The notes under the pieces were generated by a model, which worked only from the letters and a program-made list of their open reading frames with translations, was not told the origin of the DNA and did not search any database. From a virus (Duplodnaviria > Caudoviricetes), in IMG/VR virus record IMGVR_UViG_3300026975_000004, positions 1 to 39,057 of that record: DNA of 39,057 bases; one strand, given 5' to 3'. The position numbers and the translations under genes were made by a program. Below, piece after piece: positions 1 to 8,548 of this stretch; positions within the stretch are counted from its first letter, which is position 1, and every line of letters starts with the position of its first letter.

Positions 1-45
1 TTCCTAATCCATGTGCCGCAAGTTCGATTCTTGCCGGGGGCACCA
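1..45 (+). tRNA. 3' portion of tRNA-Arg(CCT), cut by the window edge; likely att core
   Basis: Anticodon loop TTCCTAA (1-7), T-arm GCAAG-TTCGATT-CTTGC (18-34), acceptor strand CGGGGGC-A-CCA ending at 45. Confidence 0.88.
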
Positions 46-126
46 GTCTTTTCAGCAACTTACACCGATTCCCTAAAGTACAAATTTAACCAAAAATCGT
101 CAAATTGTGCGGTTTTCGCCCCAGAA

Positions 127-147
127 TCCAGCACAGTTCCAGCACAG
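127..147 (+). repeat. Two direct copies of TCCAGCACAG; candidate integrase arm-type sites
   Basis: Exact 10-mers at 127-136 and 138-147 (11-bp period), about 80 bp from the tRNA end. Confidence 0.55.
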
Positions 148-175
148 CTCCGCCCATTTTCAGGCGGGGCTTTTT
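147..175 (+). terminator. Rho-independent terminator downstream of tRNA/att
   Basis: Stem GCTCCGCC/GGCGGGGC followed by TTTTT. Confidence 0.7.
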
Positions 176-182
176 GCGTTTA

Positions 183-1226
183 ATGCCTATGAAACCAACC
201 TACCAAACAGACGCCGGAACGATCTACCAGGGGCATGCACTCGAGGTGCTAAGGGCTATGCCGGATCAGTCCGTCAACTGTTGTGTGACCTCTCCGCCGT
301 ATTGGGGGTTGAGGGATTACGGAGTACCTGGGCAGTTGGGATTAGAGCCGACACCGGAAGAATACACGGCAAATATGGTTGAGGTGTTTCGGGAAGTGCG
401 GCGGGTGCTGGCTGATGATGGAACGCTTTGGCTGAATCTTGGGGATTCATATGCTACCGGCGCTGGCAAGGTTGGCGATTGTCCTGGGGGTGGAGCGCAG
501 GGAGAAAGATTTAAGGGGTATCGTGGTACTCGAGATGGCGACCCGAAAAACAAGTATTGTATGGGACCCATGATTCAGCCAAATCGAATGCCAATCCCTG
601 GCTTAAAGCCAAAAGACCTAATCGGCATCCCCTGGCGCGTAGCCTTCGCCCTTCAAGCTGATGGATGGTATCTCCGGTCTGACATCATTTGGCACAAACC
701 CAACCCGATGCCGGAAAGCGTCACCGACCGGCCCACCAAAAGCCATGAATATATTTTTCTGATGGCGAAGTCGGCGCGGTACTATTACGACCATGAGGCG
801 GTTAAAGAACCGGATGCAAACACAGACCATCCCCGGCACGTTTTGAATGGCCAACCAGCTTTAGAACCATCAGGTGGCATTGCGCCAGTTCATTCAGGAC
901 TTCGCCGCAAAGATGGCCGCAACGGTTTAGGACGCAACAAGCGCACCGTCTGGACCGTATCAACGAAACCATTCAAGGAAGCCCACTTTGCCACGTTCCC
1001 GCCCTGTCTGATTGAACCCTGTATTTTGGCCGGTTGCCCTCGAGGTGGCACCGTCCTCGACCCGTTCTTCGGATCTGGCACAACCGGAGTTGTTTGCTGG
1101 AAGCATGACCGCAAATTCATCGGGATCGACCTGTCCAAAACCTACCTGGAAGACATCGCCATCCCGAGAATTGAGAGAGACACGAAGCAGCTCAAACTCT
1201 TTACGGAGCTGACATTATGCCATTGA
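183..1226 (+). CDS. N4-cytosine/N6-adenine DNA methyltransferase (beta class)
   Basis: Catalytic TSPPY near N-terminus, HFATFP and SAM-binding DPFFGSGTT near C-terminus; start ATG 183 or 189. Confidence 0.93.
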   Translation: MPMKPTYQTDAGTIYQGHALEVLRAMPDQSVNCCVTSPPYWGLRDYGVPGQLGLEPTPEEYTANMVEVFREVRRVLADDGTLWLNLGDSYATGAGKVGDCPGGGAQGERFKGYRGTRDGDPKNKYCMGPMIQPNRMPIPGLKPKDLIGIPWRVAFALQADGWYLRSDIIWHKPNPMPESVTDRPTKSHEYIFLMAKSARYYYDHEAVKEPDANTDHPRHVLNGQPALEPSGGIAPVHSGLRRKDGRNGLGRNKRTVWTVSTKPFKEAHFATFPPCLIEPCILAGCPRGGTVLDPFFGSGTTGVVCWKHDRKFIGIDLSKTYLEDIAIPRIERDTKQLKLFTELTLCH

Positions 1227-1372
1227 CCCTTGGACTGTATAAGACAGACAGCATTCCTTTTAGGTTTTCCCGGGCCACGACCCCGCGCCCCGCGCTCCCC
1301 TTGGATAACAATCAACAGGCCAATGGTCAAAACATCCGGGCTGCGGCTGGCGCTTCTGTGTCGACGATCCGC

Positions 1373-1415
1373 GGGTCCTTCCTGGGGTTGGTTCTATACG
1401 GTTTGGCAAGGCGCG
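1373..1415 (+). other. Candidate lambda-like cos (cosQ plus cosN)
   Basis: GGGTCCT at 1373-1379, 21 nt ending in TACG, then GTTTGGCAAGG-CGCG; parallels lambda GGGTCCT...TTACG-GGGCGGCGACCT-CGCG. Confidence 0.55.
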
Positions 1416-1492
1416 ATGAACGTGTCCAGTTGGAATTGAAAAATGGAATGGAAAATGGAATGGCCCTCGTTTTTGGCGGTGGGTGTTAACAC

Positions 1493-3154
1493 ATGAGCGA
1501 TCAGGAGCAGAGCGACGGGATGGAGCAGAACGTGGTCAATCTGGAGGCCATCCGGGCCCAAGTGGAAGATCGGGTCCAGGCGGAGGAGGAAAAGCGCGGC
1601 GGCGGCTCGGACAACGGCGGGCCGGTGGACAGCGGCTTTATCCGCGGCTGCCTGGAGGCCAACGAGCTGGGGGACGGCATCCTGTTCGGCAAGCTGCATC
1701 GGGGCAAGTTCCTGTTCAACAAATTTATGGACGACTGGCTGATCTGGTCCGGCCATCACTGGGACGTCGACGTGATGGAGCGGGCACCGGCCGCCGTGGA
1801 GGAAGTGGTGAAGCACTACCAGGGCGAGGCCGTTGCCATCAGCAAGCAGGTCCGGGAGCTGGACGAGGACAAGCAAAAGGACAAGGTGCGGCACCTCAAA
1901 TACATCCGCGAAAAGCTCAACCAGCGGGTGACGGCGCTGCGCTCCACCCGGCGGCGAAAAAACTGCCTGTCCATGGCCCACACCTGCAAGGATCCGCTGG
2001 CCATCCGGGGGGATGAGATCGATCGCAAGCCCCTGCTGCTGGCCTGCGCCAACGGGGTGGTGGATCTGGAAACCGGGGAGATGGCGCCCGGGCGTCCGGA
2101 GGATTACCTGCTCAAGGCCTCGCCGGTGGAATGGCAGGGCATCGATGCTCCGTGTCCGGTGTTCAAGCAGGCCCTGCAAGACATTTTGTCGGAAAACAAG
2201 CCCCTTTACCGGTTCCTGCAGCGGGCCTTCGGCTACGCCATGCTGGGCGAAGTGCGCCAGAGTGTCATCATGGTGCTGGCCGGCCAGGGCCGCAACGGCA
2301 AAAGCCTGATCGTCAACACGATTTCGGACGTCATGGGGCCGCTGGCGGGCGCGATCCGGGCGGAGATGCTCCTGGACCAGGGCCGGGTGGCCAACTCGGC
2401 CGGTCCCACGCCGGACATCATGGCCCTGCGGGGGCTGCGCATGGCGTTTGCCAGCGAGAGCGACCAGGGCAGCCGGTTCTCCCCCAGCCGGGTGAAGTGG
2501 CTCACGGGCAACGACCGGCTCACCGGCCGCAACCCCCACGACAAGCACGAGACCCAGTTCAGCCCCACCCACACGCTTTTTCTGCTGACCAACAACGAGC
2601 CCCAGGCGCCGCCGGACGATTTTGCATTCTGGGAGCGGGTGTTCCTGGTGCCTTTCGACGTCTCGTTCGTGGACCGGGAGCCCCGGGCCGACAACGAGCG
2701 CCGCTCGGATCCGCAGCTGCCGGCCAAGCTGCGGGCGGAGTGGCCCGGCATTCTGGCCTGGCTGGTGCGCGGCTGCATTCACTACCAGCGCGAGGGCCTG
2801 GCGCCGCCGCTGATCGTGCGCGAGGCCACCAAGGAGTACCGCAGCGACCTGGACAGCGTCAGCGATTTTATCGAGGTCTGCCTGGAGGAGGAGGACACCG
2901 CCGAGACCGGCGCCACCCTGCTCTACTGGGTGTTTGCCCAGTGGTGGGACGACAACGTGGGCACCAAGGTGATGAGCCAGAAGCGCTTCGGCACGCTCTT
3001 CGGCAAGCGCTTTCCAAAAAAGAAAAAGCCGGCGGTCTGCTACATCGGCGTGAAGCTGACCGCCCAGGGGTTCTCTTATTTGGACCAGGCCAACGACATC
3101 CGGGAGCGCAAGGGCAAGAAACTTTTGACAGTTGACGATCAGCTAAACCTTTAG
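1493..3154 (+). CDS. P4-family/D5-like SF3 helicase (phage/plasmid primase P4 family C-terminal domain)
   Basis: D5_N-like region (NGVVDLETG), Walker A GQGRNGKS, ASE Walker B region, VKWLTGND, TNNEP motif C. Confidence 0.92.
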   Translation: MSDQEQSDGMEQNVVNLEAIRAQVEDRVQAEEEKRGGGSDNGGPVDSGFIRGCLEANELGDGILFGKLHRGKFLFNKFMDDWLIWSGHHWDVDVMERAPAAVEEVVKHYQGEAVAISKQVRELDEDKQKDKVRHLKYIREKLNQRVTALRSTRRRKNCLSMAHTCKDPLAIRGDEIDRKPLLLACANGVVDLETGEMAPGRPEDYLLKASPVEWQGIDAPCPVFKQALQDILSENKPLYRFLQRAFGYAMLGEVRQSVIMVLAGQGRNGKSLIVNTISDVMGPLAGAIRAEMLLDQGRVANSAGPTPDIMALRGLRMAFASESDQGSRFSPSRVKWLTGNDRLTGRNPHDKHETQFSPTHTLFLLTNNEPQAPPDDFAFWERVFLVPFDVSFVDREPRADNERRSDPQLPAKLRAEWPGILAWLVRGCIHYQREGLAPPLIVREATKEYRSDLDSVSDFIEVCLEEEDTAETGATLLYWVFAQWWDDNVGTKVMSQKRFGTLFGKRFPKKKKPAVCYIGVKLTAQGFSYLDQANDIRERKGKKLLTVDDQLNL

Positions 3155-3382
3155 CAAGGGATCGTCAACCGCTTTTTTCGGAAGGATTTCGGCATGATGG
3201 ATAGGTGCCTTAAACGATTAAACGATAAGTGGGCTAATTACAGAATGTTTTCTCTTAATTTTTACTTTTCTCTTTTTCTCACACTTATCGTTTAATGGTC
3301 AAATCTATCCAAAATAAAGAAAGAAAACAGCCCTTTAGGGCTTTAAACAGACGAACTTCAATCGTCAAGTGATCGTTTAAAG
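3131..3382. repeat. Putative replication origin: inverted ACGAT-core repeats around an AT-rich core
   Basis: GTTGACGATC/GATCGTCAAC (3131-3140/3160-3169); 15-bp inverted repeat ATTAAACGATAAGTG (3217-3231/3282-3296); further ATCGTCAA (3361) and GATCGTTTAA (3371). Confidence 0.65.
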
Positions 3383-3390
3383 GTCAAAAA

Positions 3391-4890
3391 ATGGCGCAAA
3401 ATGTCATCGATTTATTGAAATCGACCGGGATCGAGCCGCGGCCGGCGGCGCGGGGGGCCAAGGGGGTGGAGTATTGGAGCCCGTGCCCGGGGTGCGGCGG
3501 GGACGACAGGTTCCACGTCTGGCCGGATCAGAACGAGGGGGCCGGGTCCTGGTGGTGCCGGGGGTGCAACCTGGGCGGGGACAACATTGAGTTTTGCCGG
3601 CGGTTCATGGGCATGGATTTCCGGGCGGCGTGCGAGCATGTGGGCCGGGGCGTGCCGGAGTACGAGCGGCGGCAGTTTTACGACCGGCCGCAGCGGCAGG
3701 CATCCCAAAAGTCCTGGCAGCCGGATGCGGCCGGGGCCCCGGACGGGGTGGACGTGGAACGGTGGCGGAACAAGGCTGCCGAGCTGGTGGTCAAGGCCCA
3801 TGCGGCCCTGCTGGAAAATGAAAAGGCTTTGGCCTATCTGGCGGGGCGGGGCATCGACCGGGCGGCGGTGGAGCGGTTTCAGCTGGGCTGGCTGGCGGGC
3901 GAGGGCAAAAACACCTGTCTTTTCCGGCCCCGCGAGTCCTGGGGGCTACCCACGATCAAAAAAGCCAACGGCCGTAAGAAAATGCTGTGGATTCCAAGGG
4001 GGCTGGTCATCCCCTGCCATGGTGCAGACGGGGACGTGGTGCGGCTGCGGATCCGGCGGCCCAAGGCCGATTTGCAGCCGGATGCCGGCGGCAAGCTGCC
4101 GGCCAAGTATTTCGTGGTGCCCGGATCCACCATGGCCCGCATGCTGATCAACCCGGATGCCAAGGCGTTCGTAGTGGTGGAAGCGGAGCTGGACGCCCTG
4201 GCCGTGGACGTGGCCGCCGGGGATCTCGTGGGCGCCCTGGCCGTGGGCTCCTCCAGCACCAAACCGGACGCGGCGGTGGCCGGGCCGCTGCAGAAGGCCC
4301 TGGCCATCCTGGTGGCGCTGGATTTCGATCATGCCGGCGCCGGGGCCTGGCCCTGGTGGCAGGGGCAGTTCGAGCGGGCGCGGCGGTGGCCGGTACCGGC
4401 GGGCAAGGATCCGGGGGATGCGGTCAAGGAAAGGGTGGATCTGCGGGCCTGGATCATAGCCGGGCTGCCGCCGGCCTTGACCATTGGCCCATCTCGCTTT
4501 GGATTGGATGAAACAAAGGGGGGCGCGGAAAATGATGTACCGAGCAGTGGGCGACGGGAATGCGACGATGTTCCGGATACCGATGAGCAGATCCAGAAAT
4601 CGTCTCCGGAACAGGAAATGGATGCGGATCCGGCGGGCGGCGTGGACGGCCTGGCGCCATCTGTCGGTGAGCTGGCCGCCCTGCTGAAGCAATACCCGGT
4701 GCGGATCATCAACCGGCCGGAGCGCACGGCCATCGAGGAGCGGTCGATTATGCAGCGGCGGTTTGCGGCGGAGAGTAAACGGATCAGCCAGTTGGTGTAC
4801 TTCGACCGGGCCTGCTGGGATCACATCGCGGCGCACCCGGCGGAGATCGTTGACGGGTCTAATTTTTTCGATTCGGTAAGTAGCAATTAA
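3391..4890 (+). CDS. DNA primase with P4-alpha-type zinc-binding domain and TOPRIM domain
   Basis: CPGCGGDDRF...WWCRGC zinc ribbon; VVVEAELDA and LDFDHAG TOPRIM acidic motifs; GKDPGD. Confidence 0.85.
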   Translation: MAQNVIDLLKSTGIEPRPAARGAKGVEYWSPCPGCGGDDRFHVWPDQNEGAGSWWCRGCNLGGDNIEFCRRFMGMDFRAACEHVGRGVPEYERRQFYDRPQRQASQKSWQPDAAGAPDGVDVERWRNKAAELVVKAHAALLENEKALAYLAGRGIDRAAVERFQLGWLAGEGKNTCLFRPRESWGLPTIKKANGRKKMLWIPRGLVIPCHGADGDVVRLRIRRPKADLQPDAGGKLPAKYFVVPGSTMARMLINPDAKAFVVVEAELDALAVDVAAGDLVGALAVGSSSTKPDAAVAGPLQKALAILVALDFDHAGAGAWPWWQGQFERARRWPVPAGKDPGDAVKERVDLRAWIIAGLPPALTIGPSRFGLDETKGGAENDVPSSGRRECDDVPDTDEQIQKSSPEQEMDADPAGGVDGLAPSVGELAALLKQYPVRIINRPERTAIEERSIMQRRFAAESKRISQLVYFDRACWDHIAAHPAEIVDGSNFFDSVSSN

Positions 4891-4891
4891 C

Positions 4892-5767
4892 ATGAATAAT
4901 ATTTGGCCAAAAAAACAAACTGAGTGGATAAATAATGGGGTCCTGTACGTTTCCATCCCGTTTACCTGGAACCTGCCAGAAGTCAAAAACCGTCTCCAAT
5001 GGACGGCCAAGGCGTGGTCACGGGCGGTTGTCGGTGGGCCTGCTGTCGATCTGATGCCTGATTTTTTTGATGGTATGGATCATGTTTCGGTCGGTCATTG
5101 TATGCCGGGGGTTTTGCAGCGCGTCAATCCGATGGCTACCCGCACGACAGTGGGGTGTATTCGGCACTGTAAATATTGCGCCATTGGAACCGGTAAAGTT
5201 GAGCCTGGTGGGTTGAGATGTTTGGATGACTGGCCGGACCTGCCGGTAATTTGTGACAACAACCTGCTGGCTGCGCCAATGGATCATTTTGAAAAAGTTA
5301 TAAACCGACTGAAAAAGCATCATGAAGTTGATTTCAACCAGGGCATCGACTCGAGACTTTTGACCGGCGCCCATGCGGAGATGATAGCCAGCCTCAAAAT
5401 GAAAAAACGTGGCATTCGGCTGGCGTTGGACTCTATGGCTTATTCAGATTCATGGGGGCGTGCCTTCGATATTTTGCGATCCGCCGGAATAGCAAAGCGC
5501 AATATCAGCACTTATGCGCTAATTGGTTTTGATTCGGACCCGGCCGAAGCGTGGAGTCGATGCAAGTGGATTGAAGATCATGGCATACGCGCATTACCAA
5601 TGTGGTTTCACGCCTTGGACCAGCTACAAAGAAACATTGTGACAAAGCGGCAGTCGGAACTCGGATGGACTGATTTTGAACGCCGCCGGATCATGCAGTG
5701 GTTCTACCAACACAAGAACGCTGTCAACCATAATAGCGCTGGGCTCAGGCAGGCAGCGCTTTTTTAA
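4892..5767 (+). CDS. Radical SAM superfamily protein
   Basis: CxxxCxxC motif GCIRHCKYC, downstream DNNLL and DFNQGID. Confidence 0.82.
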   Translation: MNNIWPKKQTEWINNGVLYVSIPFTWNLPEVKNRLQWTAKAWSRAVVGGPAVDLMPDFFDGMDHVSVGHCMPGVLQRVNPMATRTTVGCIRHCKYCAIGTGKVEPGGLRCLDDWPDLPVICDNNLLAAPMDHFEKVINRLKKHHEVDFNQGIDSRLLTGAHAEMIASLKMKKRGIRLALDSMAYSDSWGRAFDILRSAGIAKRNISTYALIGFDSDPAEAWSRCKWIEDHGIRALPMWFHALDQLQRNIVTKRQSELGWTDFERRRIMQWFYQHKNAVNHNSAGLRQAALF

Positions 5768-5911
5768 AAACGATAACGAGCATCTAATGGGACTCCCCTG
5801 AGTGGCGGGGAGCGTGCGGGGAAGAGGATGGGCGGCCCTGTTACAGGTTTTGCACACTGAGGCCAAAATATTCTTTGCAATATTCACCGAAAATATTCAG
5901 CGGAGGGACCG

Positions 5912-6544
5912 ATGGCAACTAAACCCAAACGCATCCAGCGGAAACGATCCAAAGGCTGGAAGATGCCGGCGAACACGGTTTATGTGGGGCGGCCGGGGCC
6001 GTGGGGCAATCCGTTTGTTGTGGGGGTCCAGGGCTCGCAAGCCAAGTGTGTTGAACTGTTTCGCATGCTGCTATCCGGTCATATCGCGCTCGGATACGGC
6101 ATCGTGGAGGAGCAAGAAAAATATTACGAATACGCCAAGAAACACATCCACGAGCTGCGCGGCAAGAACCTGGCCTGCTGGTGCCGCGAGGGGGCGCCGT
6201 GTCATGGGGATGTGCTGCTGGCGGCGGCGAATCAATTAAAACCCCTGTTCATCCCGCTGCGGGCGGTGCATTACGATGCGTTTGCGTCCGGCGACAAACG
6301 GGAAGAGTTGCGGCCCTATGGCCCCCGGTGGAACGAAAAAACCTGCCATGTGGGCCGTGAAGTGATCCTGTCCAGGGGTTACGGGAAGCAGCACCGGCTG
6401 CGCGGTGTGATCTGGCGGTTTTTCAAACAGCATGGCAGCCTGTTTGGCAGTAACTACAAGGCGGATATCCAAAGTTGTTACGGCACGCTGGATATGGACA
6501 TTGCGTGCATCGGCATCAAATATTTGAAAGCGGAGGTGGCGTAG
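5912..6544 (+). CDS. DUF4326 domain fused to an ASCH/PUA-like domain
   Basis: YVGRPGPWGNPF...LRGKNLACWC...CHGDVL (DUF4326-like), then HYDAFASGDKREELR (ASCH-like GxKxxExR); RBS GGAGG. Confidence 0.75.
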   Translation: MATKPKRIQRKRSKGWKMPANTVYVGRPGPWGNPFVVGVQGSQAKCVELFRMLLSGHIALGYGIVEEQEKYYEYAKKHIHELRGKNLACWCREGAPCHGDVLLAAANQLKPLFIPLRAVHYDAFASGDKREELRPYGPRWNEKTCHVGREVILSRGYGKQHRLRGVIWRFFKQHGSLFGSNYKADIQSCYGTLDMDIACIGIKYLKAEVA

Positions 6545-6545
6545 A

Positions 6546-6707
6546 ATGGATGTTCTGGTGGATTACATTAAGTTTGTAATAAATACCATTTTGGCTGGTG
6601 TATTGGTTACTTGCGGCCTCCAGTGTTTTACAAAAAACACCCAAGGATCAATTTGTATTGGTGTCGCTTTGATTGCTGCGATGCTCGCAATCTCAACGCT
6701 TTTTTGA
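6546..6707 (+). CDS. Small two-TM membrane protein (53 aa), not in ORF track
   Basis: MDVLVDYIKFVINTILAGVLVTCGLQCFTKNTQGSICIGVALIAAMLAISTLF; GGAGG upstream; starts 2 nt after previous stop. Confidence 0.5.
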   Translation: MDVLVDYIKFVINTILAGVLVTCGLQCFTKNTQGSICIGVALIAAMLAISTLF

Positions 6708-6737
6708 AACGTTAATCAGAAAAGAACGGAGAAAACT

Positions 6738-7028
6738 ATGCAAGTAAAAAAACACATGAATCTGCTCGGTTTGAAATGTAAGGACAAAGTTACTGGCCTG
6801 GCTGGCGTTATCACGTCGGTTTCGTTTGACCTCTATGGATGCGTTCAGGCTCTTGTTACACCCGCGATCGACAAAGACACCAGCAAGTATGAATCATTCT
6901 GGCTGGACATGAACAGGTTGAATATTACGGGTAAAAAACCGGTGATGGATGTGCCGGATTTCGATTATGGGCCGGTGGCGGAAGGTAAGAAAGGCCCTGC
7001 CGACAAGCCTATGCCGTCGAGAATTTAA
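6738..7028 (+). CDS. Hypothetical phage protein
   Basis: RBS GGAG; LGLKCKDKVTGLAGVITS...YGC pattern typical of small phage beta-barrel proteins. Confidence 0.7.
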   Translation: MQVKKHMNLLGLKCKDKVTGLAGVITSVSFDLYGCVQALVTPAIDKDTSKYESFWLDMNRLNITGKKPVMDVPDFDYGPVAEGKKGPADKPMPSRI

Positions 7029-7047
7029 ACGTTAATCAGAGGTTATC

Positions 7048-7200
7048 ATGATCAGGGTGGAATTTTTTGAGACGCGGGAGGAGTACGAGGAGCGGCGGGC
7101 GGATTCGTTTATTGATTGCATGGACCTGGCCGAGGCTCTGGTGGTGATGGAGAAACTACTGGCGAACCACCCCGGCGCGGTGGTGGCTGTGGGGCGGTAG
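7048..7200 (+). CDS. Hypothetical protein (50 aa), not in ORF track
   Basis: AGAGG RBS; MIRVEFFETREEYEERRADSFIDCMDLAEALVVMEKLLANHPGAVVAVGR; fills the gap in the operon. Confidence 0.5.
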   Translation: MIRVEFFETREEYEERRADSFIDCMDLAEALVVMEKLLANHPGAVVAVGR

Positions 7201-7210
7201 GGAGGCTGTT

Positions 7211-7438
7211 ATGGCGGGATCGGATATCGGGCAGATGGTCAAGATCGGGGGGCTGCGGGCGGAGAATGCCCAGCTGCGGCGGGAGCGGGATGCGCTGCAG
7301 CAGCAGGTGTATGACCTGGCGGCCAAGGTGGCGCACTTGGAAAAGGAACTGGACCGGGAGTTTGAGCATTCCACCAATGTGATCCACGATCAGGGGGCGC
7401 GGATCATTGCCCTGGAGGCGCAGCTGGCCAATGGCTGA
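7211..7438 (+). CDS. Coiled-coil hypothetical protein
   Basis: GGAGG RBS, heptad-rich sequence, overlaps next start. Confidence 0.6.
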   Translation: MAGSDIGQMVKIGGLRAENAQLRRERDALQQQVYDLAAKVAHLEKELDREFEHSTNVIHDQGARIIALEAQLANG

Positions 7439-8153
7439 TCTGGACCGGATCCGGAATAAATGCTCCGAGGACGAGGCGGACGAGTTGGACGTGCTGGTGA
7501 CGGCGGTGGCGCGGACCAAGGCGGCCTACCAGGACGGTTATGCGGAGATCGATCTCAAGAAGTGGAACGCGGCCAAGGGGGCGCTGGCCGAGTTTGCGGC
7601 GGGGCTGGAGGCCAAGTATTTTCCGGCGGAGCGGACGTTCCCCCATCGCAATGCGGCCTTGGCCTGGCTGGTGGAGCAGGGCTACAAGATCAAAAAGTCG
7701 AAGTTTTACGCGGACTGCAACCGGGGGCTGTGCGTGATCGAGGGGGACAACTCGGTGCGGGAGAGTGCTTTGTTGGCCTATGCGGCGGAGCATTTGAAGC
7801 GGATCCAGGACGAGGAGGGCAACCTCACGCCGCTGACCGAGGAGAAGGCACGGCTGGAGAACGAAAAGCTAAAAATTCATAATGAGCGGGCGCGGTTTGA
7901 ACAAGATAAAGAGCGCGGGAAATGGGTTCCGAAAAAGGATCTGGCTCTGGAGCTGGCCGTCCGGGCCGGGGTGCTGGATAGCGGCGCCCGCCATCTCTTA
8001 CTGACCCGGATGGGCGACTGGATCTCGATGGCCGGGGGCAATACCAAAAAAGTGCAGACTGTCCTGGAGGTGGCCCTGTCCGACTGGGATATCCTGGTCA
8101 ACGAATATGCTTCGATGGATACGATGCACGTACTTTTCGTGGAAGAAGGCTAA
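7431..8153 (+). CDS. Probable terminase small subunit (Nu1-like)
   Basis: HTH-like middle region and coiled coil EKARLENEKLKI...ERGKWVP resembling lambda-type small subunits; upstream of GpA. Confidence 0.55.
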   Translation: MADLDRIRNKCSEDEADELDVLVTAVARTKAAYQDGYAEIDLKKWNAAKGALAEFAAGLEAKYFPAERTFPHRNAALAWLVEQGYKIKKSKFYADCNRGLCVIEGDNSVRESALLAYAAEHLKRIQDEEGNLTPLTEEKARLENEKLKIHNERARFEQDKERGKWVPKKDLALELAVRAGVLDSGARHLLLTRMGDWISMAGGNTKKVQTVLEVALSDWDILVNEYASMDTMHVLFVEEG

Positions 8154-8184
8154 AATAGTTCGCCAAGCATAGTAGGAGGGTATT

Positions 8185-8538
8185 GTGGCTGCAGAGTTAA
8201 GTGACAGAGAAAAAGTAGCATACGATTTAAGGAAAAAAGGGAAAACGTTTAAACAGATTGGACGTGTTTTAAACTGTACTAAAGGCGGGGCTTGGCTATT
8301 ACATCGAAATGCTGAAAAAAAATTAAACAGTGAGTCTTCACCCTATGATGGATTAAGTACACGGGCTACGAATTGTCTAATTAATTTTGGTTTAACAGAC
8401 AAAGAGTCGGTGGCTCGTGCCATTAAAAGCGGAGCTTTATATCCAGGTGTAATTATAAACAGATATCGGAGTTACGGATTAAAAACACATATAGAGATTT
8501 GTAAATGGCTCGGTTTGCCAGATCCAACAAAGAAGTAA
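8185..8538 (+). CDS. HTH (sigma region 4-like) plus RNAP alpha-CTD-like HhH protein
   Basis: LRKKGKTFKQIGRVLNCT HTH; GLSTRATNCLINFGL resembles alpha-CTD LSVRS.NCL; AT-rich; GGAGG RBS. Confidence 0.55.
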   Translation: MAAELSDREKVAYDLRKKGKTFKQIGRVLNCTKGGAWLLHRNAEKKLNSESSPYDGLSTRATNCLINFGLTDKESVARAIKSGALYPGVIINRYRSYGLKTHIEICKWLGLPDPTKK

Positions 8539-8548
8539 AAAGGAATGT

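Noticed and set aside
105-182. Extended TTG start for the methyltransferase
   Set aside because: Runs through the arm repeats and terminator; MTase-like sequence begins only after ATG 183/189
1217-1489. 90-aa ORF between MTase and helicase
   Set aside because: No recognisable motif; overlaps the cos-like signal and repeats, so more likely non-coding
5867-5898. Three AATATTC copies before the DUF4326 gene
   Set aside because: Short, unevenly spaced (12 and 13 bp) and AT-rich; not enough to call a site
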